Below, piece by piece: positions 1 to 8,070 of a DNA stretch of 64,000 nucleotides. The stretch lies in contig CAVQEQ010000003.1 in the NCBI GenBank assembly GCA_963711565.1, positions 1,312,001 through 1,376,000 of the forward strand. The letters are read 5' to 3'. Source of the DNA: an uncultured delta proteobacterium (GTDB taxonomy: Bacteria > Desulfobacterota > Binatia > Binatales > Binataceae). Under the pieces are notes generated by a model. It saw nothing but the letters and a program-made list of their open reading frames with translations, did no database searches and was not told the DNA's origin. Positions within the stretch are counted from its first letter, which is position 1. The number at the start of each line of letters is the position of its first letter. Position numbers and translations under genes: made by a program.

Positions 1-80
1 CCGCGGCCGGGCGCGGCGGAATTGACCGGCGCACCGTTGCTGGATGGGGCGTGGTCGGTTGTTTTGGCCTTCGAATCCAT
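1..80 (-). CDS. 5' end of a gene running off the window (MDSKAKTTDHAPSSNGAPVNSAAPGR...), possibly a ribonucleotide reductase
   Basis: ATG at 80 with an open frame to the window edge. Identity is inferred only from the upstream NrdR-like boxes. Confidence 0.4.
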   Translation of the reverse strand, partial: MDSKAKTTDHAPSSNGAPVNSAAPGR

Positions 81-268
81 CTCAAAATCTATCGCTCCCC
101 CGCCCATCACCACATCCTCCCCACCTCAGTTACACGCGCGTTAAGCCCGCATTTAGTTCCACTTGCCCTGTCGTTGCGGTCGCCACAGCTTTCAAACAAT
201 CTTGGCTTGCCAAGCTGAGTCGTGGGCGACAATATGCTCGCGGCCAGTGCGGTCTGTCAAGCCCCGAC

Positions 269-316
269 CCCCTACAGGTAGTGTATGAGAAGCTGTGCAC
301 AACCCATATATTAGGT
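269..316. promoter_or_regulatory. Tandem NrdR-box-like sites
   Basis: CTACAGGTAG(tgt) at 272 and CCATATATTA at 304 resemble the NrdR core CwAtATaTwG and are 32 bp apart. Confidence 0.5.
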
Positions 317-325
317 TGTTGATAA
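294..325. promoter_or_regulatory. Two DnaA-box-like 9-mers
   Basis: TGTGCACAA (294-302) and TGTTGATAA (317-325), each one mismatch from TGTGNATAA, in an AT-rich intergenic region. Confidence 0.4.
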
Positions 326-472
326 CTTTTGGTAAATCTTCGCTTCCATTAATAATTGTGACTGACCGATGAGTCCAAATTAGTAAAACTAATGGAAATT
401 GCCGCCGCGAACGGCCGCCGACCATACAGTCGGTATGCGTTGTGACCGCGGCGGCGCTATCTTGTGCAGGTG

Positions 473-919
473 ATGCCAAATCGTCGGCACAAGGCTCCGG
501 AACAGATCGGCGCCGCGATGCAACCGATCCTCGATCGGATCGACCGCGAAGGTCATTTCGCGATCGTGCGGCTGGCGAAAGCATGGCCGGAGATTGTCGG
601 CGAGACGATCGCGCGCCGCACTGAAATCGTCTCGCTGAAATTCCACACCGCGGTCGTGAAAGTGCAGGGGGCGATGTGGATACAAGAACTGAATCTGATG
701 AAGGCGCAGATACTCGCGCGCCTCACCGACCGTGTTGGCGACGACGCCGTGCGGGAGTTGCGCTTTGTGCAAGGGCGGCTCGGCCGGCGCGAGCGGCCCA
801 AACTGCGCACGGTGCCGCGCGCGACGCGGAAATCGATCGAGCTGCCGGAGCTGAAAGATCCCGAGCTGCGCAAGGCGTTCGAGCGCCTGATCGAGGCCTG
901 GGGACGTGCATCGAGATAA
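473..919 (+). CDS. dciA: DUF721/DciA family protein
   Basis: WPEIVGETIARRT...VVKV..AMWIQELNLMK.QIL.RL...V.ELRF is the DUF721 pattern. Alternative start at 464. Confidence 0.8.
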   Translation: MPNRRHKAPEQIGAAMQPILDRIDREGHFAIVRLAKAWPEIVGETIARRTEIVSLKFHTAVVKVQGAMWIQELNLMKAQILARLTDRVGDDAVRELRFVQGRLGRRERPKLRTVPRATRKSIELPELKDPELRKAFERLIEAWGRASR

Positions 920-925
920 GGAATA

Positions 926-996
926 CACTTGATGGAATGTGAAGCCCGTGGTGGGTTTCACGCTTCCTTCGGCAGGGGTGACCCCTGCACCCGGTA
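926..996 (+). repeat. Dispersed two-hairpin repeat, family A, copy 1
   Basis: GTGAAgCCC-N5-GGGTTTCAC-GCTTCCTTCG-GCAGGGGTGACCCCTGC-ACCCGGTA; recurs elsewhere in the window. Confidence 0.9.
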
Positions 997-1088
997 AAAG
1001 GTGTAAACGGAGGCGGCGCGGGTTACGTCATATACTCTGAATCCGCGCACCGGCCCGATTCGTACTGTATGTAGTCGAGAAATCTGTC

Positions 1089-2741
1089 GTGGTTGGCGAA
1101 GAAACCAAGCAGGACCGCATCTTGCACGTGCTGAACCGGCTAGCCTTCGGGCCGCGCCCCGGCGACTTCGAGCACGTCAGCGCGATTAGTCCTGAGCGCT
1201 ACGTGCAGGAGCAGTTGCATCCCGAATCGATTGCGATTCCCGCCGACTTGTCCGAGGCCGTGAACCAACTTCAGACGTTGCACATGTCTCCGATCGCGCT
1301 GTTCATCGAATACGAACGGCCGATCCTGCTGGCGCGCAAAGAAGCCAAAGCCGACAGCGGCGGCGACAAGACGGTGATCAAGGACGCGACCAAGCCCCTG
1401 CGAATCAAGCAGCGCATCGTGATGCGCGAGGCGGTCGAGGCGCGGATGATGCGCGCGATCGAAGGGCCGCGGCAATTGCAGGAAGTGATGACCGCGTTCT
1501 GGTTCAACCACTTTAACATTTTCGCCGGCAAAGGTCTGGACATTATCTGGACGGGCGCGTTCGAGGAGACCGCGATTCGGCCGCATACGTTCGGCAAGTT
1601 CCGTACGCTCCTCGGTGCGACCGCGCATCATCCGGCGATGATGTTCTACCTCGACAACTGGCAGAACACCGCGCCTGGCAGCCCCGGCTCGAAGGGCAAG
1701 TTCGAGGGCATCAACGAGAACTACGCGCGCGAGCTGATGGAGCTGCACACGCTCGGCGTCAACGGCGGCTACACGCAGGACGACGTGATCGCGCTGGCGC
1801 ATATTCTGACCGGATGGGGACTGCCGAAGCCCGGCGGCGGCGCTTATCGGACGGCTGACGGCGACGGCATGCGTGGCGACGGGATGGGCGGAGTTTTTCC
1901 ATTCATGCGGCGCCGGCGAAACTTCATGCCGGCGGCGGCTGATCCGAGCGGATTTTATTTCGACGAATCGCGTCACGATTTTTCCAACAAGACTTTTCTC
2001 GGCCATCAGATCGAGGGCGGCGGAATCGACGAGGGCGAGCATGCGCTGGACATCCTGGCGCGCAGCCCCGCCACCGCCAGGCATCTGAGCTTCAAGCTGG
2101 CGCAATACTTCGTTGCCGACGATCCACCGCCGGCACTCGTGAGCCGGATGGCGGATCGCTACCTGGCCACCGACGGCGAGATTCGCGCGGTGCTCGAGAC
2201 GATGTTCACGAGCGCGGAATTCTGGGACCCGCGAAACTACGGCGCCAAATTCAAGACGCCTTACGAGTACGTTATCTCGTGCGTGCGCGCGACCGGCGTG
2301 CCGATTCGCAACTACCGGCCGCTGTACGGCACGATGCAGCTGCTCGGCATGCCGCTGTACGCGTGTCAGACGCCCAACGGCTTCGCCAATACGCAGGACG
2401 CGTGGCTCAATCCCGACGCGATGATGATGCGGCTCAGCTTTGCGACCGCGCTCGGATCGGGAAATCTGCCGCTGGAAAATCAGCCGTTCCAGGAAGATGC
2501 GGACGGTGGCGGTGAAATGCGTCCCGAGCCGCCGGCGGTGCCGCGCAATGGCGCCGGCAAGGTGAATATCAATTTCGATCCCGCGCCGCATGGACCGAAG
2601 ATGACGCCGCCCGATCCCGTGCAGCTCGCGGCGACGCTTGGCGACTATTTCACACCGGCGACGGCCAGCGCCGTCGAGGCGTCGCCGACGCAACTTCGAG
2701 CGCCACTGATTCTCGGCAGTCCGGAGTTCATGAAGCGCTGA
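1089..2741 (+). CDS. DUF1800 family protein
   Basis: HVLNRLAFGPRPG, LQEVMTAFWFNHFN, MMFYLDN, NENYARELMELHTLG, SPEF. Confidence 0.92.
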   Translation: MVGEETKQDRILHVLNRLAFGPRPGDFEHVSAISPERYVQEQLHPESIAIPADLSEAVNQLQTLHMSPIALFIEYERPILLARKEAKADSGGDKTVIKDATKPLRIKQRIVMREAVEARMMRAIEGPRQLQEVMTAFWFNHFNIFAGKGLDIIWTGAFEETAIRPHTFGKFRTLLGATAHHPAMMFYLDNWQNTAPGSPGSKGKFEGINENYARELMELHTLGVNGGYTQDDVIALAHILTGWGLPKPGGGAYRTADGDGMRGDGMGGVFPFMRRRRNFMPAAADPSGFYFDESRHDFSNKTFLGHQIEGGGIDEGEHALDILARSPATARHLSFKLAQYFVADDPPPALVSRMADRYLATDGEIRAVLETMFTSAEFWDPRNYGAKFKTPYEYVISCVRATGVPIRNYRPLYGTMQLLGMPLYACQTPNGFANTQDAWLNPDAMMMRLSFATALGSGNLPLENQPFQEDADGGGEMRPEPPAVPRNGAGKVNINFDPAPHGPKMTPPDPVQLAATLGDYFTPATASAVEASPTQLRAPLILGSPEFMKR

Positions 2742-2751
2742 GAGTTTTACA

Positions 2752-4053
2752 ATGAAGAAAAATTTCCAAACCACTGATGCGTGCATCGCGTGCAACCCCC
2801 GCCCCGCGACGGCTCTCAGCCGGCGCGCGTTTTTGCGCCGCGCTGCCGTGCTGTCGGCGTCGGGCATCGTGCTGCTGAGCCCGCATGCGTGGGCCGCGCG
2901 CTCGCTCGATTCGAGCAGCAATCGCAGGCTGATCGTGGTGTTCCTGCGCGGCGCGGTTGACGGCCTGAACGTAGTGGTGCCGCATGGCGAGTCGGCGTAC
3001 TACGACGCCCGCCCGACGATCGCGATCGGACGCACAGGTGCAAATGACGGTGTGATCGATCTCGACGGCTATTTCGGATTGCATCCTGCGCTCGCGCCGA
3101 TGGATAGCCAATGGCGCGACGGCACGCTCGCGTTCGTGCATGCGTGCGGCTCGCCGGATCCGACGCGATCGCATTTCGACGCGCAGGATTTCATGGAGAG
3201 CGGCACGCCCGGCGTCAGGACGACGCAGGATGGATGGCTGAATCGGACGCTCGCTGCGATTCCGGGGACGCATGGCCCGACCGAGGCGTTGAGTCTCGGG
3301 CCGACGGTGCCGCGAATTTTGAGCGGCAAGGTGCCGGTCGCGAATATCGCGCTCGGTCGCGCGGCGGAAAAACCGATGCCGATGGACAGGCCGATAATCG
3401 AAGCGGCGTTCGACAAGATGTACGTCGGCAACGATTCGATCAGCCGCGCCTATCGCGACGGACGCCAGGCCCGCATGCGCCTCATCAGCGAATTGACGCA
3501 AGACATGACCGAGGCCAACGCGGGCGCGCCGTCACCGAATGGATTCTCGAACGACACCGACAGGCTCGCGCGTCTGATCGGGCGCGACCCCACGATTCGC
3601 GTCGCGTTCATGGCGCTCGGCGGATGGGATACGCACGTCAGCGAGGGGGCAGCCAACGGCCAGCTCGCGGGCCATCTGAAGCCGCTCGCCGAGGGGCTGG
3701 CGAGCCTCTCGAAGAATCTTGGGCCGAACTACCAGGACACGGTCATTCTCGTGATCTCCGAGTTCGGCCGCACGATGCATGAGAACGGCAACGGCGGCAC
3801 CGACCACGGCCACGGCAACGTGATGTGGGTGATGGGCGGCCCGGTGAAAGGGCGCAAGGTTTACGGCAAATGGCCGGGCCTCTCGACGGCGAGCCTCTAC
3901 CAGGAGCGTGACCTCGCGGTGACGACCGACTTCCGCGAGCCAATCGCGACAGTGCTGCGATCGCACATGCAGTTTTCAGATTCGCAGATCGATCGCGTAT
4001 TCCCCGGCCGTCCCCGCTCGCGCGGCAACGTCGATGGCTTGATCAAGGTGTAA
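2752..4053 (+). CDS. DUF1501 family protein, Tat-exported
   Basis: SRRAFL Tat motif; FLRGAVDGL, RSHFDAQ, GGWDTH, SEFGRT, GTDHG; usual partner of DUF1800. Confidence 0.92.
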   Translation: MKKNFQTTDACIACNPRPATALSRRAFLRRAAVLSASGIVLLSPHAWAARSLDSSSNRRLIVVFLRGAVDGLNVVVPHGESAYYDARPTIAIGRTGANDGVIDLDGYFGLHPALAPMDSQWRDGTLAFVHACGSPDPTRSHFDAQDFMESGTPGVRTTQDGWLNRTLAAIPGTHGPTEALSLGPTVPRILSGKVPVANIALGRAAEKPMPMDRPIIEAAFDKMYVGNDSISRAYRDGRQARMRLISELTQDMTEANAGAPSPNGFSNDTDRLARLIGRDPTIRVAFMALGGWDTHVSEGAANGQLAGHLKPLAEGLASLSKNLGPNYQDTVILVISEFGRTMHENGNGGTDHGHGNVMWVMGGPVKGRKVYGKWPGLSTASLYQERDLAVTTDFREPIATVLRSHMQFSDSQIDRVFPGRPRSRGNVDGLIKV

Positions 4054-4073
4054 ACGCCCCGGGGTCGCGCCTT

Positions 4074-4739
4074 TCACTCCGGGACATTGACCCAGGCAAC
4101 CCGCACCTTCGGCGCGCCGGTTACTGGATCGCGAACATGGGCCTCGCCGACCGGCTCGAAGCTCTCAGCGCGAAGAATCTCCGCTGCCGACTCGGCTTCG
4201 AGCGCCGGCTTTCCGAGCAGAAAAGCGCCGGGTCTGTAGCAGCTCAATATGAGACGCCCGCCGGGTTTGAGGTACAGGCGAGCAATGCGGCTGAGCATCG
4301 CTCCTCGACTCTGAATCGGCACTACATCTGTCAACGCGGTGACATAGTCAAATCGAATCGGCGGCTCGAACGTCATCACATTCCCGGTCCAGATCCGCGT
4401 CGCCCAATGCGGAAGCCGCTTGCGCGCGCGCTCCGCAATCCGGTTCGAAAGCTCGAGTCCGTAGGGTTCGATGCGATGGCCTTGCTCGGCGACCCACGTC
4501 GTCAGAGTTTCCATCAACAGGCCGTTCGCACAGCCAACGTCCAGCCATATGCCTACCCGATCGAAAGCGCTGGCGATCACGCGCCGCTTCGCTTCCCAGC
4601 TCGTCATGTCCTCCCCCCTCGAGCCCGAGCCGCCAAAGACATCGCCTCGCTCATCCGCCGAGACGTAATAGTCCTCGAGCAGCGCGCGAATGCGCTCGTA
4701 ATATTCGTCGTCAGAATTGGAACGATCAGGATCAGACAT
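4074..4739 (-). CDS. Class I SAM-dependent methyltransferase
   Basis: WLDVGCANG motif I, YGLELS, LKPGGRLIL. Confidence 0.85.
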   Translation of the reverse strand: MSDPDRSNSDDEYYERIRALLEDYYVSADERGDVFGGSGSRGEDMTSWEAKRRVIASAFDRVGIWLDVGCANGLLMETLTTWVAEQGHRIEPYGLELSNRIAERARKRLPHWATRIWTGNVMTFEPPIRFDYVTALTDVVPIQSRGAMLSRIARLYLKPGGRLILSCYRPGAFLLGKPALEAESAAEILRAESFEPVGEAHVRDPVTGAPKVRVAWVNVPE

Positions 4740-4766
4740 CGCGGATCGTGCTCCTATGGACCGGGC

Positions 4767-5771
4767 TCAATTTTCTGGAGCTTCCCGAGGGAGCTTTGCC
4801 AGCGCGCAGTCGGCGCACCAGAAATCCGGCCCCTTGCCGCCCAATTTCTGAATTTGCTCCCGTAAACCAGCCGTCAGGCCCGTCGCAGCGGCTTTCAGGT
4901 CCGGCGGCGGGGATGATGCCGCGGCAGTTGAGTCTCCACGCTGGGATGACCACGTTCCTTCCGGCGCGGTAAGGTAAACGCGGCCGCCATTCCATTGAAT
5001 CTGGTAATTCTCATCCGGGTCCCACTTACCTGCGGGCAACGCCGTCGATTCGCAGGCACCCTGGAGTCCGCATACCACGATACTTGCGCGCTTGGACTGA
5101 TTATCTTGCGCCGCCACGGCAACCTCTTTACTGTCCTCGGACCACGCAGGCTTGGTGAGGAGGGTGACTTTGACGCCTTTGGCTGGATACACGCGCCGGT
5201 AGTCGATATCCAGTTCCGGCTCCCTCCCGTATAGCGGGGTCCAGTGCGGCATTCCGCCCTCGACGGCGGCGTGTTCGCCGTCGGGAGAAAAGACGGGGCC
5301 GCCTGTATCGTCGAGGTAGTCCGTCAATTCTTCGCCAGTTTTTGTGTCAAAGACGAGTGTGTCATCGCTCGAAGGATTGACGTTTCCGGCTGCCGCAATC
5401 GTGTCCGCGGTCAACCACTGAATCCGCTCGATATAGTCAAATGGGTACGCCTCGCCGGAGCTAACGGGACCGATCAGAATATCCGAGAGCGTCCGGCCCG
5501 TCTCAGAGTCGATTACCACCAAGTTATCTATAGCAACTGCGTGGTCGATCTTGCGGAGAAAGGCTATCTTGGTTCCGTCCCTGGACCACACCAGAGGGCC
5601 TTTGGGAATCCCGTCGTGGGTCAGCTGTCGCGGCTCTCCGTCAACGCCGATCGTGAAGAGGTCGCCGTCTTTATAGTAAACCGCCTTGAGGTCCGCACCT
5701 TGGGCGAAGGTGTACCCAACACCGACGGCAAACGTGAGCAGCAATGCGAAAACTTTGATTCCGATCTTCAT
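4767..5771 (-). CDS. Secreted TolB/PD40-like beta-repeat protein, candidate immunity protein (copy A)
   Basis: GGAGGAG RBS; signal peptide MKIGIKVFALLLTFAVGVGYTFA; WSRDG/FSPDG/WSEDS repeats; paralog of 6054..7064. Confidence 0.75.
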   Translation of the reverse strand: MKIGIKVFALLLTFAVGVGYTFAQGADLKAVYYKDGDLFTIGVDGEPRQLTHDGIPKGPLVWSRDGTKIAFLRKIDHAVAIDNLVVIDSETGRTLSDILIGPVSSGEAYPFDYIERIQWLTADTIAAAGNVNPSSDDTLVFDTKTGEELTDYLDDTGGPVFSPDGEHAAVEGGMPHWTPLYGREPELDIDYRRVYPAKGVKVTLLTKPAWSEDSKEVAVAAQDNQSKRASIVVCGLQGACESTALPAGKWDPDENYQIQWNGGRVYLTAPEGTWSSQRGDSTAAASSPPPDLKAAATGLTAGLREQIQKLGGKGPDFWCADCALAKLPREAPEN

Positions 5772-5782
5772 GATTCTCCTCC

Positions 5783-6028
5783 TTATTGCACCGCGCTCCC
5801 GGGGCAGGTCGGCAAAGCAGGGGTGCACGCGCCAACAGCCATGACGTTATCGTAGCCAGCGCAGACGGCTTTGCCGACGCCCTCGTAGAGATCGAGCCGG
5901 TAGCCTTTGACACCATTGCCGGTGTCGTCGGTCCACATGTTGTCTTGTTCTTGACCATGCAGGCCGAGATCGACCACTGAACTATAGCAGGGGTGAGGGC
6001 CTCCAGGGCTAGCTAAGCGCGATTCCCG
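5783..6028 (-). pseudogene. Orphan C-terminal fragment resembling a 3D (MltA-like) domain (tip A)
   Basis: Open frame ...PHPCYSSVVDLG...TDDTGNGVKGYRLDLYEG...CPGSAVQ*, resembling the 3D motif DTGGAIKGNRIDLY; no convincing start with RBS. Confidence 0.55.
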
Positions 6029-6053
6029 TCACGCTAGCTCCTATGGACCGGGC

Positions 6054-7064
6054 TCAATCTTCTGGAGCTTCCCGAGGGAGCTTTGCCAGCGCGCAGTCGG
6101 CGCACCAGAAATCCGGGTCCTTGCCGCCCAAGTTCTGAATTTGCTGCCGTAAACCAAAAGTCAGGCCCATCGCAACGCCTTTCCGGTCCAGCGGCGGGGA
6201 CGACGATGCCGCGGCAATCGAGTCTCCACGCCGGCAGGACCACGTCTTGTCTAACAGAAAAGCGTAGATGCGGCCGTCATTCCATTCAACCTGGAAACTG
6301 TCATCCGGTCCCCACTTTGCGTCGGCGGGCAACGCCGTCGATTCGCAGGCGCCCTTGAGTCCGCATACCACGATGCTTCTGTGCTTGGACTTATAATCTT
6401 CGACCACCACGGCAACTTCTTTGCTGTCGTCAGACCACGCAGGCTTCGAGAGCAGGGTGACATGGACGCCTTTGGCTGGATAGACGCGCTGGTACCCGAT
6501 GTCCAGTTCCGGCGCGCTCCCCCAATCCGGCGTCCAGTGCGGGGCGCCGGTCTCGGCGGCGGCGTGCTCGCCGTCGGGAGAAAAGACTGCGCCGCCGTCG
6601 TCGTCGATGTAATCTGCCAACTCCTTGCCCGTCCTGGCGTCGAAGACGAGGGTGTCATCGGTTGACGGATTGACGCTTCCGGCTGCCGCAATCGTGTCCG
6701 CGGTCAACCACTGAATCTGCTCGATATAGTCAAATACGTACCCCTCGCCGGAGCTAACGGGACCGATCAGAATATCCGAGAGCGTCCGGCCCGTCTCAGA
6801 GTCGATTACCACCAAGTTATCTATAGCAACTGCGTGGTCGATCTTGCGGAGAAAGGCTATCTTGGTTCCGTCCCTGGACCACACCTGAGGGCCTTTGGGA
6901 ATCCCGTCGTGGGTCAGCTGTCGCGGCTCTCCGTCAACGCCGATCGTGAAGAGGTCGCCGTCCTTATAGTAAACCGCCTTAATGCCTGCACCTTGGGCGA
7001 ACGAATGTCCAACGTTCGCGGCGAGCGTTAGCAGCAATGCGAAAAATGCGATTCCGATTTTCAT
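6054..7064 (-). CDS. Secreted TolB/PD40-like beta-repeat protein, candidate immunity protein (copy B)
   Basis: GGAGGGAG RBS, signal peptide, clear paralog of copy A. Confidence 0.75.
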   Translation of the reverse strand: MKIGIAFFALLLTLAANVGHSFAQGAGIKAVYYKDGDLFTIGVDGEPRQLTHDGIPKGPQVWSRDGTKIAFLRKIDHAVAIDNLVVIDSETGRTLSDILIGPVSSGEGYVFDYIEQIQWLTADTIAAAGSVNPSTDDTLVFDARTGKELADYIDDDGGAVFSPDGEHAAAETGAPHWTPDWGSAPELDIGYQRVYPAKGVHVTLLSKPAWSDDSKEVAVVVEDYKSKHRSIVVCGLKGACESTALPADAKWGPDDSFQVEWNDGRIYAFLLDKTWSCRRGDSIAAASSSPPLDRKGVAMGLTFGLRQQIQNLGGKDPDFWCADCALAKLPREAPED

Positions 7065-7076
7065 GCTCTCCCCTCC

Positions 7077-7255
7077 TTATTGCACCGTGAGCGCGGGGCA
7101 GGTGTTCGTTCCGGAGCTGCACGCGCCCACAGCCATAGGGTTGGCGTTGGCGAATGAGCCAGCGCAGGCCGCCTTGCCCACGCCCTCGTAGAGATCGAGC
7201 CGGTATCCTGCGATACCATTGCCGGTGTCGTTGGTCCATATGTTGTCTTGTTCTG
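7077..7255 (-). pseudogene. Orphan 3D-domain-like C-terminal fragment (tip B)
   Basis: EQDNIWTNDTGNGIAGYRLDLYEGVGKAAC...CPALTVQ*, homologous to tip A. Confidence 0.55.
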
Positions 7256-7367
7256 GAAAGCGCGGGCGATTACACGCCGTTTTCCTTCCCAGTCCTTCGA
7301 GCAGCGCGCGAATGCGCACGTAGTATTCGTCGTCAAAATTGGAACGATCAGGATCAGACATCGCGGA
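7256..7367 (-). pseudogene. Decayed duplicate of the 5' end of the 4074..4739 methyltransferase
   Basis: Aligns with 4563-4745 with a 72-bp deletion and a 1-bp insertion (MSDPDRSNFDDEYYVRIRALLE / WEGKRRVIARAF). Confidence 0.9.
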
Positions 7368-7953
7368 GCGTCTTCGAGACCAGGAGCGTTTCGATGCCGC
7401 GCGAATCGCGGCGGCGCAGTACGAGTCCCGAATCGTCAATCTCGATTTCTTCGGCGTCGCCCATGCGCGGCTCGTAAATCCAGATGTGCGGATCGCTGCC
7501 GCGCTGGCGGCATGATTGTTTGCTGGTCGCGGCGACGAGTGTGTTCGGATCGATTGCCGCCACGCGCCCGGTCCATCGCGTCTGCTTGCGCTCGCGAACG
7601 TGCGCGATTATCAGCGCGCGAAAGATGACGAGGTCCGCATCGATTTCGCCATAGCGGCCAAGCTTGGCCGTCAAATCGTTGCGGCTGCCGCCCGTGCTGA
7701 TGTTGCCGCGGAGGAAATTGTCGGCTGACTCGTAGGTCGCGTTGCGAGTAAAGGGGCCGCGGTTGTAGCTCGCGACGACGCGCCTGACGAGACCGGCCTC
7801 GTCGAGCTCGGCTTCGACTTCGTACACGTTGGAGCCGCTCGCGGGACGCCGGACGCCGCGAATCAATCCCCAGGCGAGCGATTCACTCTCGACAGCTATC
7901 AACACGCCGGCTTTCCGGAGGTCGTAGCGGAACTCACCGTCGGCAATCAGCAT
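7354..7953 (-). CDS. Hypothetical beta-rich protein
   Basis: GAGG RBS before ATG, 199 aa; its stop overlaps the ATG of the methyltransferase stub. Confidence 0.7.
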   Translation of the reverse strand: MLIADGEFRYDLRKAGVLIAVESESLAWGLIRGVRRPASGSNVYEVEAELDEAGLVRRVVASYNRGPFTRNATYESADNFLRGNISTGGSRNDLTAKLGRYGEIDADLVIFRALIIAHVRERKQTRWTGRVAAIDPNTLVAATSKQSCRQRGSDPHIWIYEPRMGDAEEIEIDDSGLVLRRRDSRGIETLLVSKTLRDV

Positions 7954-8070
7954 CCTCGAAAGCTAACCGCTCGGATGGGGGCGGACAAGTTTGCTCCGGA
8001 CTTGGTTAATCGGGCGAGTTGGGCCATTGTGGCGGCTCAAGGAACCATTGTTGCCACGAGGATGCACGCA

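Noticed and set aside
180-460. oriC
   Set aside because: Only two imperfect DnaA boxes, no clear unwinding-element repeats and no dnaA seen; a regulated promoter region explains it better. Not fully excluded.
1140-2921. Long antisense or overlapping ORFs (also 46207..48276, 34252..35352, 58283..59722, 62615..63694 and many others)
   Set aside because: Shadows of well-supported genes in high-GC DNA; Arg/Ala-rich with no motifs.
1089-4053. DUF1800-DUF1501 pair as a novel system
   Set aside because: A widespread, already catalogued gene pair with nothing unusual here.
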